From the NCBI GenBank assembly GCA_045541795.1, contig JAZQJV010000010.1, forward strand, positions 72,333 to 136,332: a DNA stretch of 64,000 bases, in the 5' to 3' direction. The DNA is from Patescibacteria group bacterium (GTDB lineage: Bacteria; Patescibacteriota; Microgenomatia; UBA1400; PJMF01). The notes under the pieces were generated by a model, which worked only from the letters and a program-made list of their open reading frames with translations, was not told the origin of the DNA and did no database searches. Positions 9,079 to 19,018 of this stretch are shown in pieces; positions within the stretch are counted from its first letter, which is position 1; every line of letters begins with the position of its first letter. The position numbers and the translations under genes are program-made.

Positions 9079-9780
9079 ATGGAGAGTGAGAGCAAAAAAA
9101 CTAACCAGTTTCTCAATCAGCATCAAATTAGTATTGCAATTGTAGTCGTGGCAATTGTGAGTGTAATCATGTTTATTTGCTGGGAAGTAACAAAAAAAAA
9201 GAAATCAACATATGAACTAGCTCAAAACCCCGTCATTATCAGTAACAACTCTGAACAAATAGTACAAGCCAATCCTGAAGTCGGTATCCGCGGCGACGAA
9301 CCTACAACTACCGACCTTTACGAACAAATCGGAACACAAGAAGTCGACACTGATCATGAACTCAATCAACTTTTAGCTGGTCTCGGCATCGAATTGGAAC
9401 AAGTCTGGGATAACTCCAATCTCCAAGCCCATACAGCACTAGAAAACTATCTTGCTGAGCATCCAGAAAGCCCAATGGTTCCCCCAGGAACCTACGAAGC
9501 CTATGCTATCTATGAGGGTTCGCAAGAAAAAGATTTGGCAGCTTTACAAAACGCTGGCTACACAGTCGGCGGCAAAATTTACCCCGATGGCACTTATGAT
9601 GCCACCTTTTTGGGATTCAACTACAAGATGAAATACGATCAACATCACGTTTATTTTGATGACAATGCTAACGATGGCATTAGTGCCTGGAATGAAGCAC
9701 CGTATGTATGGGACGGCGAAGTGCTTCATATTGCTGTGCATGCAATCGACGTTTACTTGGTCAGAACAGGAGATGTCTAG
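9079..9780 (+). CDS. Cassette 1 protein A: N-terminally membrane-anchored hypothetical protein, paralog of 27388-28035
   Basis: 233 aa. TM segment ISIAIVVVAIVSVIMFICW. The C-terminal region PPGTYEAY...YDQHHVYFDD aligns with PPAGTYQAV...YDDHYLYLED in the 215-aa protein. Confidence 0.6.
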   Translation: MESESKKTNQFLNQHQISIAIVVVAIVSVIMFICWEVTKKKKSTYELAQNPVIISNNSEQIVQANPEVGIRGDEPTTTDLYEQIGTQEVDTDHELNQLLAGLGIELEQVWDNSNLQAHTALENYLAEHPESPMVPPGTYEAYAIYEGSQEKDLAALQNAGYTVGGKIYPDGTYDATFLGFNYKMKYDQHHVYFDDNANDGISAWNEAPYVWDGEVLHIAVHAIDVYLVRTGDV

Positions 9781-9789
9781 GATATAACC

Positions 9790-10887
9790 ATGTCAGAGCC
9801 GATACTAAAAAAAATAAACTTTCAAACTATCACTATTTTTAGTATTGTCCTTGTAGTTATTGTTGCAGCCGCCGGAGTGTGGCAAAATATCAACTTGTCT
9901 CATCAACAATCACCAGCAAATGTCAGTCATGAAAATGTCGATGCCGACGATTTCGTTTATCAAGATCCCACTCTCACCACAAGCAATGAGCTATTAGAAG
10001 AAATCACACCGCAAAACTTCAACGAACAGCTCGCCTACAGCTGGGCCTGGCATCAATATTATGCCAGCACCAGTCTTCCAGAAGCTAAAAGTAGGACCAT
10101 AACTGAGCTAGCAAATGCCAAAAAAATGTTTGACGCTGGTGATCAAAATGCCACCTTAAACTGTTTTTTTATGTGGGATATCATCGGTGATGAAACATTA
10201 GATGCTGACAGCCGCAATCTTGCCCGTGAACTTTGTCATAACGGCAAGCAAAACGTTGTTTACGACTCTAGTTTCAGCCAATACTGGGAGCGCCTCCAAA
10301 AAGGACAGGAACAAATCGAAAGCGAACAAGGAGCATTCTGGTACTATTACCCAGATCGTGTCGTCGAGGATTATACCTTAGAATTAGGTGAAAAATATCA
10401 AAATTACATCTCCGGCAATGCAAACATCACACCAGAACAAGATAACACCGCTGCCGCTAGACAGTTGAAAGACTATGCTCTCGTGATGATTGATAAGTCA
10501 GATCTCGCTTACGGCGTCGCTAATCCAAACTACACCAAAGACCTAAGACTCAAAAATGAAAGTCAGCTGCAATTTATGGCCCTGGGCGAAAAACTCTTTT
10601 CTTGGTATATTGCTTACGGTGACCAGAATTTTGATACTGAAAGCAAGTGTTTACTGCGTGAAGCGTTGACACTTTATTATGATCGATTCACTTCCGCCTT
10701 GGAAGAAAGTTTCCTCACTCGCCTACCAATATGTAATGAACCATCAACTTACTTAGTACAACTTGTAAATCGCGGGCATTATGATAAAATAGAAATTAAT
10801 CCTGTCTTGGTATTGGAAGATGTCCGAGCAGGTGAGGCAACAGATAATTACGAAAAAATAATTATAGCGGGACTACTAAGTCAATGA
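9790..10887 (+). CDS. Cassette 1 protein B: N-terminally anchored hypothetical protein, paralog of 20226-21713
   Basis: 365 aa. TM segment TITIFSIVLVVIVAAAGVW. The block AYSWAWHQYY aligns with AYTWAHHQYY in the 509-aa protein. Confidence 0.6.
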   Translation: MSEPILKKINFQTITIFSIVLVVIVAAAGVWQNINLSHQQSPANVSHENVDADDFVYQDPTLTTSNELLEEITPQNFNEQLAYSWAWHQYYASTSLPEAKSRTITELANAKKMFDAGDQNATLNCFFMWDIIGDETLDADSRNLARELCHNGKQNVVYDSSFSQYWERLQKGQEQIESEQGAFWYYYPDRVVEDYTLELGEKYQNYISGNANITPEQDNTAAARQLKDYALVMIDKSDLAYGVANPNYTKDLRLKNESQLQFMALGEKLFSWYIAYGDQNFDTESKCLLREALTLYYDRFTSALEESFLTRLPICNEPSTYLVQLVNRGHYDKIEINPVLVLEDVRAGEATDNYEKIIIAGLLSQ

Positions 10888-13800
10888 GGAAGGCAAATAA
10901 AACTTACCAGCTCTTCATCAAAGTCGTATTGCCGATTATCGCTTTTGTGTTTATCAGCTTTTTTGCCGCCAAAACCATACTTCAAACTGTCGATGCTAAA
11001 GGCGGGAGCGGACCAGGCAGTGCTCTCGATCCTCAAAATCCAAGCGGACCGATTACTTGTACCACAGGAGATGGACATGGAAATCCTAGCGAATGGGATG
11101 CTGTCACTCCAGCTTGGCGGCCTAGACTAAAAGAAGTCATCCAAAAATGTCGAAATTCTGATGGATACTATAACTATGATCAGCAATGGCTATTTGTGCG
11201 CAATGCAATCGTCTATCCGTATTCAGAATACAAGTCTACTAGCTATTGGGACGTAATCCCTGATAAGATTGCTCCTAGTGCCAGCGTCTACGGCAAAGAA
11301 ACTGGCTACAGAATGCATTGGTTTTACACCACCAATAATTCAGGAAGCTGTAGCGATCATAAGTATTGGAATCTCTGGATCCGTGATTTTGACTGTGATG
11401 GTGTCACTCACCAATGTAGTGAGCTAAATAACGGCAAAAACGTCTTTAAATCTGGACCAGATATCTTCAACGAAGTTTGTGAGCGAGCTTGTAATTATTA
11501 TGAACAGCTCACCAATATGGCATGTAAAAACGTCGTCAGTCAAAACTGGTCGCCAATGGGCACACTTCCCGAAGACCTCGCAAAAAGTGCTCTCACATTT
11601 GACACCACCAATCTAGAAGGAATAATGGATGATGCTGCTTCATATGCAACACTCATCAACAAAGAATTATCAGCATACACTGAATACATTATGAACTATC
11701 TCACTCCAGATAGCAAGTTTATGGTAATCCCAGATAGCGCCAACAGTCTCGAAACTGCACGTTCACAACTTGCTAACCTTGATGCAGTGATCAATACTAT
11801 CCGTAACACACATACAAATTACTCTACTCAGGCTCAGCAAAAAATCAATTCGGCCAATAGTGTGATTAGCTCGCTCACTAGTCAACTCTCCAGTGTTGAT
11901 TATAACGTCAACACTCAGTGTGGGTTTTATGCATCCAACAGGTGCTATACTTCAGGCAATCTGGACAGTAGTTGTAGTGATGCTAGGACTTATCGCTCAC
12001 AACTTGCCAACAGGCGTAGCCAGTATTACAGCTTATTAGATAGTCTCTCCACCAGTACCAGCACTATTGAATATTATGAAAGCGAAGTCAAAAAGCTTCA
12101 ATCTTACCTCAATACATCGATGCAAAACTGTGCCAGCAAAACTAAAAGCGGCTATGGATGTGACTATGCGACAGCCTGTCATCAATACATAAGTATCGAA
12201 CAAACTATAGATGGAGCAAAAGATAGTCTACAAGAAGCCAAAGAACAGTTGTGGGCTGTCAAAACCGATAAAGTTGATTTTGACGACAATACTGAAGCAA
12301 AACTGCGTGAATACGCTAAACAATTTACTCGAGCTTATAACAGCTATAAAGTCGCCGCCGGTAATACCAAAATAGACTGGACGTTTGGTTACTGTTCCGC
12401 CGACGGCTCCGGTGATAGCCCAATGTGTAATAATATCAAGATCATGCAAGGCTGTCTCGAGTTTGTCGGCAAAGCAGAAGCCCAGCTCGCTTCAGAAGGA
12501 AAAGTCAATGCTGTCACCAAAGGGTCACTAAGCGTACATATTGAATCACACAGTTGCGATACCCGCTCAGACTTCATCGACGTCAACTGTTCCATTAAGG
12601 GCTGTTATCAGACTAGAGAGTGGTGCCGTAACATCAATCAATTCTACGTTGAACCAGATGAAAAATGTCCATTGGGAGGTAATGGCCGGATCGCTTACGT
12701 GAATTCTATCCAAAATCCTGGTAGTACTCTGCGATGCCGTAAATGCAATACCTCATTTACTACCTGTGAAGAAGCAGCTAAGTACGCATGGCTTTATGAT
12801 TCCAGCGAACCAAAGGGAAGCGGCAAAAACAATGAAGTTAAAAACTGGGTAGAAGGTTACTACGACAGCAGTTTTGATGCTAAGCGTTATTGGGCCATCC
12901 GTACCAATTGTGAAGCCGACGAAGATCATCAGATCAAAAAATGGATCCAAGATGAAGACGGTCATGCACCCATCCAATGTACGGTCGCTTGTGTACAAAA
13001 CTGTGACGAGATCCGCGATCCCGATACTCAGCAATACATGGAAGAACCAGACCGTGAACCTTTCGTTAATAGTTCTAGCAAATATTATCATACCAGCAGC
13101 TGTTATCGCAAAGGCTGGAATCCAGTTATCAAAGTCGTCGAAGACATTCACGGAATTCAGACCACATGTATTGGCGGCTGTCTCGAGCCTTGCGGAGATG
13201 TACGTCAGTTACAATGGGGTGCAGTACGCAACTATACAGTGAACGGTTATACCTATAAAGACTATGCTCAAAGCACTCGAGATAAATATTTCTTACCAGA
13301 AGACACCAATTGTACCGCTGCTCAATTAGCAACCAAGACTAGCGTCAGCATTCGCGATCACTACAATCGGAGTTACAGCAAGAAATGCTACTCTGACAAA
13401 TGTCGTAAAGACTGTAAATCCATTTGTGAAGCCAGAGGGTGGAAGACTTCAGACTATGACTGCGGATCCGGTATACCCAACTACGCCAGCGTCGACGGCT
13501 GTACTTGTGTAGCAAACTGTTCTGGGGATGCTTGTCGCAATCAAGGTTACTGGCCAGCCAGTCACGTCTGTGCACCAAATGAAGAATCACTCGGCACAGA
13601 GACCATCATTGATAAAAACGGTCACTCAATTGTTTGTCACAAAGGATGCAAAGCCAAAACTCCAGGTGACGAACTTAAGTGTGCTCCAGGCGTACCAGTA
13701 TATAATGGCAGCAGTGTCACGGTTAATGGTGTGACACAAACCGATTTTGTCGGTGATGTTTATATCAACAGTGATGAAACCTTCTATAATGAGCGCAATG

Positions 13801-15644
13801 CCTGGCTTATCACCAGAGACCAAAGAAGATATCCTGCCTATACACTGTCAGGCGAATCACGGGTGCGCAACGTGATTATTTCACCGCTCGGCTATGAGAA
13901 AAAAGAAAGAACCAGCCCATATCAAATCTGTCGTTGGGGTGAGTGTCTCGTCAATGACGCTGCTGAGCGCGCAGATGAACTTAATGCCCGTAATCAATGC
14001 GATAAAAAATACAAGTATTACAGCGCCATCGACGATGGCTGCCGTCGACACTACCAATATATAAGCTACTGCTTTGACGATCCGCCGCCAAATAACTGTC
14101 ATTCGACCTCTTGTGGCCAACAATGCCGCTGCGGTAGGCAGTATTATAGTGGTAGCGATGATGACTCATGTCACTATGCTGGCTGTGTCACCTGTGTGCC
14201 TACCTGCTATACAGAATCAGATCTCGGCTTTGGCATCCGTGAGGTTCCTTGTGTCGGACCAGGTGGAGAAAGAACCCATTCAGATTTCTGTTCCACTAAC
14301 AAATACACCAGCTATGAAGCCTGCAAAGTGCCTACATGTAATAACGTTGATGATGTCCTCGATGTCATGGATCGTACCAATTTCAAAAAATGTGGTGTCG
14401 AGAACCCCAAAGATAGAATTACCCAACTCGATCAAGCGCATGAATATCTAGGTGAGCAAGCGTATGGTGTTGGTGGTATCTACCAGTGCACCGATAGAAT
14501 TCCCAACGCTCCTGACGCTATCGCATATCCAGATGAATGTACAGGTTTAGAAAACCACTGTTTCCACGTCTTACCTTGTGGAGAAGTGCAAGTTGCGGAG
14601 TCCAAAGGACAAATCGGTTCCAAAGTCAGTGCCACTCACAAGGATGAATTCGGACAAGTAACGGGTACTGGCGGACTGCTTTGCGGTGGCGGCGCATGCA
14701 AAGAAAGCGATCATTACATCTTTATCCCTGGTACAGAATCCACCAATTATCAAGTTGGTGTCGCCGGCCAACGTTGTGGACGTTATTGGGAAGTCTCAGA
14801 ACCGCAATGGTCGATGGCTGGGGGCACATCCAATATTTACACCGCAGAAGGCTCATCTAAGCGTAGTAAAGAAAAGGGAGTAACTACTGACCGTTGTGGC
14901 AACGCTAATGGTGTCGAACTCACTAGAGGTAGCTTCAAACTTGAAGATAGCGTACCGCTAACATACGAATTCTTTGAACAAGCCATGGATATTTCTAAGC
15001 TTCCCAGATGTAGTGATGTTACCATAGATACAGACGAGTTTTACATCTGTAAAGAAAACGGTGACTTTAGTACTTCCGATCTTAATCCCGACCTACTTCG
15101 TGCCGACCGCAATCTCGTAGTTTTCATGGACTCGGAAAGTGGTACTTTCACCATTGATACTCAAATAGAAACTGCCCGTGATTACTTCAAAGCCTTTATC
15201 AGTCGCGGTAAAATGGTGATCGACTGGGGCGTAGGCACCTGGCCAGAAGCAGCCTACGAACGCAACCTTGGTTGTGCTGATACCGACACCGCTGACTTAC
15301 AAGGCTTCTTTGCCGCTGATGAAATTACTTTCCCCAGCAAATTGGTAGCAGATTCTCAAGCAAATGCCTTTAACGAAAACCTGCGCTGTGATCGGCAACT
15401 TGTCATCGCTGGCAACCTTATCCAGTGGGGAGATAAGGCGCTCAATCTCACCCGTACATTCCGTGGTTGCGTCGGTGGCAATGAAGACCTTGCTGCTTGG
15501 AAAGCAGCCGAACAAAATCCAGCTGTTTACCGTGATTTCAATAAGATCATGTCACCGTATGTGTTCTACCAACGCCCCGACTTCCAAAATTCCGCTCCCG
15601 AATGGATGAAAACGAGCAATACCGAAAGAATTGAGGTAAATTAA
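10884..15644 (+). CDS. Cassette 1 protein C: giant secreted cysteine-rich protein (1586 aa), paralog of 21710-27388
   Basis: N-terminal signal anchor. More than 100 Cys in CxxC and C-x-C patterns. The C-terminal roughly 400 aa are conserved with the 1892-aa paralog: TADLQGFFAA...VIAGN(L/I)(I/V)QWG...RTF(R/K)GCVGGN...YQR(P/S)DF(Q/N)(N/S)S(A/V)P(E/N)W(M/L)KT. The start overlaps the upstream stop (ATGA), implying translational coupling. Confidence 0.7.
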   Translation: MRKANKTYQLFIKVVLPIIAFVFISFFAAKTILQTVDAKGGSGPGSALDPQNPSGPITCTTGDGHGNPSEWDAVTPAWRPRLKEVIQKCRNSDGYYNYDQQWLFVRNAIVYPYSEYKSTSYWDVIPDKIAPSASVYGKETGYRMHWFYTTNNSGSCSDHKYWNLWIRDFDCDGVTHQCSELNNGKNVFKSGPDIFNEVCERACNYYEQLTNMACKNVVSQNWSPMGTLPEDLAKSALTFDTTNLEGIMDDAASYATLINKELSAYTEYIMNYLTPDSKFMVIPDSANSLETARSQLANLDAVINTIRNTHTNYSTQAQQKINSANSVISSLTSQLSSVDYNVNTQCGFYASNRCYTSGNLDSSCSDARTYRSQLANRRSQYYSLLDSLSTSTSTIEYYESEVKKLQSYLNTSMQNCASKTKSGYGCDYATACHQYISIEQTIDGAKDSLQEAKEQLWAVKTDKVDFDDNTEAKLREYAKQFTRAYNSYKVAAGNTKIDWTFGYCSADGSGDSPMCNNIKIMQGCLEFVGKAEAQLASEGKVNAVTKGSLSVHIESHSCDTRSDFIDVNCSIKGCYQTREWCRNINQFYVEPDEKCPLGGNGRIAYVNSIQNPGSTLRCRKCNTSFTTCEEAAKYAWLYDSSEPKGSGKNNEVKNWVEGYYDSSFDAKRYWAIRTNCEADEDHQIKKWIQDEDGHAPIQCTVACVQNCDEIRDPDTQQYMEEPDREPFVNSSSKYYHTSSCYRKGWNPVIKVVEDIHGIQTTCIGGCLEPCGDVRQLQWGAVRNYTVNGYTYKDYAQSTRDKYFLPEDTNCTAAQLATKTSVSIRDHYNRSYSKKCYSDKCRKDCKSICEARGWKTSDYDCGSGIPNYASVDGCTCVANCSGDACRNQGYWPASHVCAPNEESLGTETIIDKNGHSIVCHKGCKAKTPGDELKCAPGVPVYNGSSVTVNGVTQTDFVGDVYINSDETFYNERNAWLITRDQRRYPAYTLSGESRVRNVIISPLGYEKKERTSPYQICRWGECLVNDAAERADELNARNQCDKKYKYYSAIDDGCRRHYQYISYCFDDPPPNNCHSTSCGQQCRCGRQYYSGSDDDSCHYAGCVTCVPTCYTESDLGFGIREVPCVGPGGERTHSDFCSTNKYTSYEACKVPTCNNVDDVLDVMDRTNFKKCGVENPKDRITQLDQAHEYLGEQAYGVGGIYQCTDRIPNAPDAIAYPDECTGLENHCFHVLPCGEVQVAESKGQIGSKVSATHKDEFGQVTGTGGLLCGGGACKESDHYIFIPGTESTNYQVGVAGQRCGRYWEVSEPQWSMAGGTSNIYTAEGSSKRSKEKGVTTDRCGNANGVELTRGSFKLEDSVPLTYEFFEQAMDISKLPRCSDVTIDTDEFYICKENGDFSTSDLNPDLLRADRNLVVFMDSESGTFTIDTQIETARDYFKAFISRGKMVIDWGVGTWPEAAYERNLGCADTDTADLQGFFAADEITFPSKLVADSQANAFNENLRCDRQLVIAGNLIQWGDKALNLTRTFRGCVGGNEDLAAWKAAEQNPAVYRDFNKIMSPYVFYQRPDFQNSAPEWMKTSNTERIEVN

Positions 15645-15651
15645 AAAAAAT

Positions 15652-15751
15652 ATTGAGTATTTATTGTGCACGATAAATGATTTTATACCGGTGCATCAAT
15701 ATTTTTAAAATACCTTAATTTTATTAGCAGACAATGGCCGCGACTGCTAAT
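15652..15751 (+). repeat. Copy B of the roughly 100-bp element, forming a direct repeat with copy A and flanking cassette 1
   Basis: ATTGAGTATTTATTGT... near-palindrome ATTTATTGTGCACGATAAAT, then hairpin ATTAGCAG-N13-CTGCTAAT at 15723-15751. Confidence 0.7.
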
Positions 15752-15761
15752 TTCTCCGCAC

Positions 15762-16949
15762 TCACATCCTTCCCGTCACGTACAGCAAACCGTTTTCGTC
15801 TCGCCGTCCCCAATCACCAGTCCGATACCAGCCGCCCTGCAATACTGCCGCTGTGCGCCCGCGGTCTTGATAATACCCACTCATCACTTGCGGACCGCGC
15901 ACCCAAATCTCACCCTCATTTTCATTGCTGCCGCCCACAAATTTCACTTCTATATTTGCCAGCGCTCGGCCAACGCTCGCCGACACACCTAAGTGACGGT
16001 AACCGCTAGCAATGCCCGGCGCGCATTCCGTGCAACCGTATGTGGCCAGCACTTCTATCCCGGCCAAAGCCCACTTCTCTTGTATACTCACCGGTACTGC
16101 CTCGCCGCCACAGATGATCTGATTAAGCGCCCCACCAAAATACTGCCGCCAGCTATTCTGGTCGCCGTGCTCACTGCTGGCTCTTTCCAATTTGCCTGTC
16201 AATTTTTGCAGTATCAGCGTGGGCATTACTACTACCGTCGGCCGAGCAGCCTGCAATAAGCCTTCCGGATGTCGCCAATCCAGCGGAAAAAATATCTGCG
16301 CTCCGCAACTGCACCACCACAAAAGGACTGACAGTCCCAAAATATGCTCACCCGGCAGCCACGAGAATACCGCGCGATCACCACGAAAATCATGCAAAAA
16401 TTGCCCGCCCCAAATCACGGCCAACACATTTTTTTGCGTGAGGGCCACCACTTTGGGCTGACCCGTAGTGCCAGAAGTGGTGATCAAGACAGCCAAATCA
16501 TCACCTTGAGGCTGGAAGCACGTGAGCCTCTGCCGCGCTTCAGGCCGAGCAGGGGAGTGCTCTACTGTCTGGATTACCGTATCCGGCTGGCACTTGTCAC
16601 TATCACTTACCAAGCAAACCGCTTGGCGGAGCCGCCAGGCCGCCAAAATGCTCACCAACCACCAGTAACCAGGCTCCAGCCGCAAGCTCACTTTTTGCGG
16701 CCGTTCGGGATCAAATTTTTCCTGCCAAGCTGCAGCCGTGTTTTCTACGTCGGCCACCAGCCCGTCATACGTCACTGTCCTCGTTTTCCCGTCCTCATCA
16801 GTGTAAACGCCAGCCAGCTGCCCACCGTATTCTTGCCGTAAAAAATCCAAAAACTCACTAATCTGTACATGTGCGCGCGGACAAAAAGCACGCTGTGGAT
16901 AATCACCAAGATTTACCCCAGGCGCTAGCCCCTCATACACCATGCTCAT
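15762..16949 (-). pseudogene. AMP-dependent synthetase/ligase (acyl-CoA ligase family), 3'-truncated; C-terminal subdomain missing
   Basis: TSGTTGQPK (A3 motif) and YRTGD (A8 motif) are present. The ORF ends at ...YVTGRM, directly before the conserved GRxDDxIK region. The stop codon lies 11 nt from the copy B hairpin. Confidence 0.55.
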
Positions 16950-16952
16950 ATC

Positions 16953-17813
16953 TTACAAAATTTCTTCCGTCTCTTCATCACTCTGCCACGGGATCAAGTA
17001 ATTATCCCGGCGCATCGCTTTATTTTCGCCGACTTTTTTCGCCTCACCCCGCAAAATTTTCTCAAAAGGCTCGCAGTGCGGGCAGCCGCCATGCGGGCAC
17101 TTAAAAGCATTTAGCTTCCTGGCCGTCGCGATCCGCCGCCCGGCTTCTAGCACTCGGGCACGAGCTTCATCGAGTGACGGCAGCGCCTTTGGCGTCAGTT
17201 CATTACTCCATTCCAGATACCAGTAACTCGCCGCGGCTACCGTGTACTTTTGACAGTTGACCGCCAAAAGTAAATAAATCGGCAGCTGCAGTGACTTCGG
17301 ATCTTCTTCGCTTTTGCTGGTTTTAAAGTCGATGATGTGTACCGTCTTGGCGTGCGAGTCATACTGCAGCCAGTCAAGTTTGCCGCACAAAATTATATTT
17401 TCCTCTTCACTGATCCAGTAATTGGGCAGATCGCCCTTGATTTTTACGGCCAGCTGTTTGAGCGGCCCGGGATGTTCCATCACCCGCTCCAGCATTGCCT
17501 GGCCGCGGTCATGGTATGCTTTTTCTGCATGCTCACTTGTAAATCCTCCCGCCTCGCCGTGTACCTTTTTCCAGACTTCCTCATACCGTACCAGTAAGCT
17601 TTGTCTAAAACGTTCTGCCGTAGGCAGCGTCGACAGTCCTTCCAGCACGTCGTGTACACTGATCCCCAGAGAAAGAGCCGGCGACACTATCTGGATTTTG
17701 TGCTTCGTCACCGGGTCTTTATACATGTTTTTGAGGTAATACGCCCGCGGACAAGCGAGATAGTCGCTGATACTACTGTGTGAAATCCAAGTGGCACTAA
17801 ACTTATCTGGCAT
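16953..17813 (-). CDS. PD-(D/E)XK nuclease superfamily protein with Fe-S Cys cluster (Cas4/RecB-nuclease-like)
   Basis: 286 aa. N-terminal Cys in CPRAYYLK, a GKLDWL Asp motif, IIDFKTSK (D-x-K), QLPIYLL (QxxxY) and a C-terminal CPHGGCPHC cluster. Confidence 0.6.
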   Translation of the reverse strand: MPDKFSATWISHSSISDYLACPRAYYLKNMYKDPVTKHKIQIVSPALSLGISVHDVLEGLSTLPTAERFRQSLLVRYEEVWKKVHGEAGGFTSEHAEKAYHDRGQAMLERVMEHPGPLKQLAVKIKGDLPNYWISEEENIILCGKLDWLQYDSHAKTVHIIDFKTSKSEEDPKSLQLPIYLLLAVNCQKYTVAAASYWYLEWSNELTPKALPSLDEARARVLEAGRRIATARKLNAFKCPHGGCPHCEPFEKILRGEAKKVGENKAMRRDNYLIPWQSDEETEEIL

Positions 17814-17911
17814 GACGTCATTATATCACACTCATCACCAATTATTCCCGCAATTTATGCCAAAAACCCGGCTCCTTAGAGCCGGGCTTGTCTTTTTACT
17901 TCAAAAAAGAA

Positions 17912-18874
17912 TTAATAGCGATGGCAGACAAAGCGGAAAGTATCGGACCAATCGCCGAAATCACCGCCTTCCATCCGCACCCGGTAGCGTACAAAGTACT
18001 CTTTTTCGTTGTCGATACCGATACCAAATACCACCCGATCCCGTTGCTCATAGCGGTGTGAGTGGACATCGCTGCCACCATTACTGGTACCAACGTTTAC
18101 TTCGTATTCCACCGCATCTTTGCCGTCACGGCTAAATTTTGGTAACACAATCTTGGCATCATTGAAACGATCACCGTCAGCATTACCACAAGTCTCGATG
18201 TAAGGCGTAAACGGTTTATTGTTATTGCCGTAGGAATAATTATTGTAGTAATAAGTACCCGGTACGTAATTATAATTGTAATTTGCCGGTACCTGGATCA
18301 CTTGAGGTACAGTCTGTACAGTTTGCACCGTCTTTACTACTGGTGCTGCAGCCTGGACGGCATTAGTTTTTGGCGTTTGTGCCACCGGATTGATATTGAT
18401 ATTGATGACGCTGGCGGTGGAACCGTCTGCATTTACCAGGCGGGAAGCCGGGATCGTCACGCTCTGATCACCAGAAACAATATTGATCTTGGCGTCTGCC
18501 GGTAAGGTCACTGTCTCACCAGCTACTGCTTCATTACTACCTGCCGTCTCGCCGGCATCAGTCAAGCGCTGACCAACATTGGTATTGGTAGGAGTGCTGC
18601 TGGCAATAATGCTCTCAGCCACCGGAGAAAGTTCACTCTCGCTGGTCTGGCGGGGCGCATGATTTGTCTGGCGATAATTATAAAAAGCCAAAGCACCCAC
18701 CACTATAAATGCACACAGCACCGCCGCCGGCACAAAGCGAAACTTCCGCTGCTCTGGATACATTGCCGGATTAGTTACGGCTGTCTTATAGGCATTACTG
18801 GTAGTATTTGTAGCCACATTGGCTGTATAGCGTCCCTGACGCTCATTTTCTTGATGTAATTGTCTGTCCGTCAT
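17912..18874 (-). CDS. Hypothetical membrane-anchored protein with Asn/Tyr-rich low-complexity region
   Basis: 320 aa. TM segment VPAAVLCAFIVVGALAFY. NYNYNYVPGTYYYNNYSYGNNN repeat. C-terminal globular domain. Confidence 0.45.
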   Translation of the reverse strand: MTDRQLHQENERQGRYTANVATNTTSNAYKTAVTNPAMYPEQRKFRFVPAAVLCAFIVVGALAFYNYRQTNHAPRQTSESELSPVAESIIASSTPTNTNVGQRLTDAGETAGSNEAVAGETVTLPADAKINIVSGDQSVTIPASRLVNADGSTASVINININPVAQTPKTNAVQAAAPVVKTVQTVQTVPQVIQVPANYNYNYVPGTYYYNNYSYGNNNKPFTPYIETCGNADGDRFNDAKIVLPKFSRDGKDAVEYEVNVGTSNGGSDVHSHRYEQRDRVVFGIGIDNEKEYFVRYRVRMEGGDFGDWSDTFRFVCHRY

Positions 18875-18993
18875 ATATCTTTCTATTGTTCGTTCCTTTA
18901 TCTTTCTGCCGTGACATCAACTTTTTCTGTATTAACTATGTCACAACTGTTTACATTATATCACATATAGGCTATTTTGTCAAGACCCAATTT

Positions 18994-19002
18994 CTTATTC
19001 CC
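18994..19002 (+). promoter_or_regulatory. Extended -10 element TGGTATAAT, about 16 nt upstream of the LCP start codon
   Basis: TGGTATAAT at 18994-19002; ATG at 19019. Confidence 0.5.
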
Positions 19003-19018
19003 GTGGTATAATACGCCT

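Noticed and set aside
18977-19018. ORF-track start of the LCP gene at 18977
   Set aside because: A TGGTATAAT promoter (18994-19002) lies inside this stretch. The Met at 19019 directly follows it and begins the hydrophobic anchor, so the 5' extension is likely untranslated.
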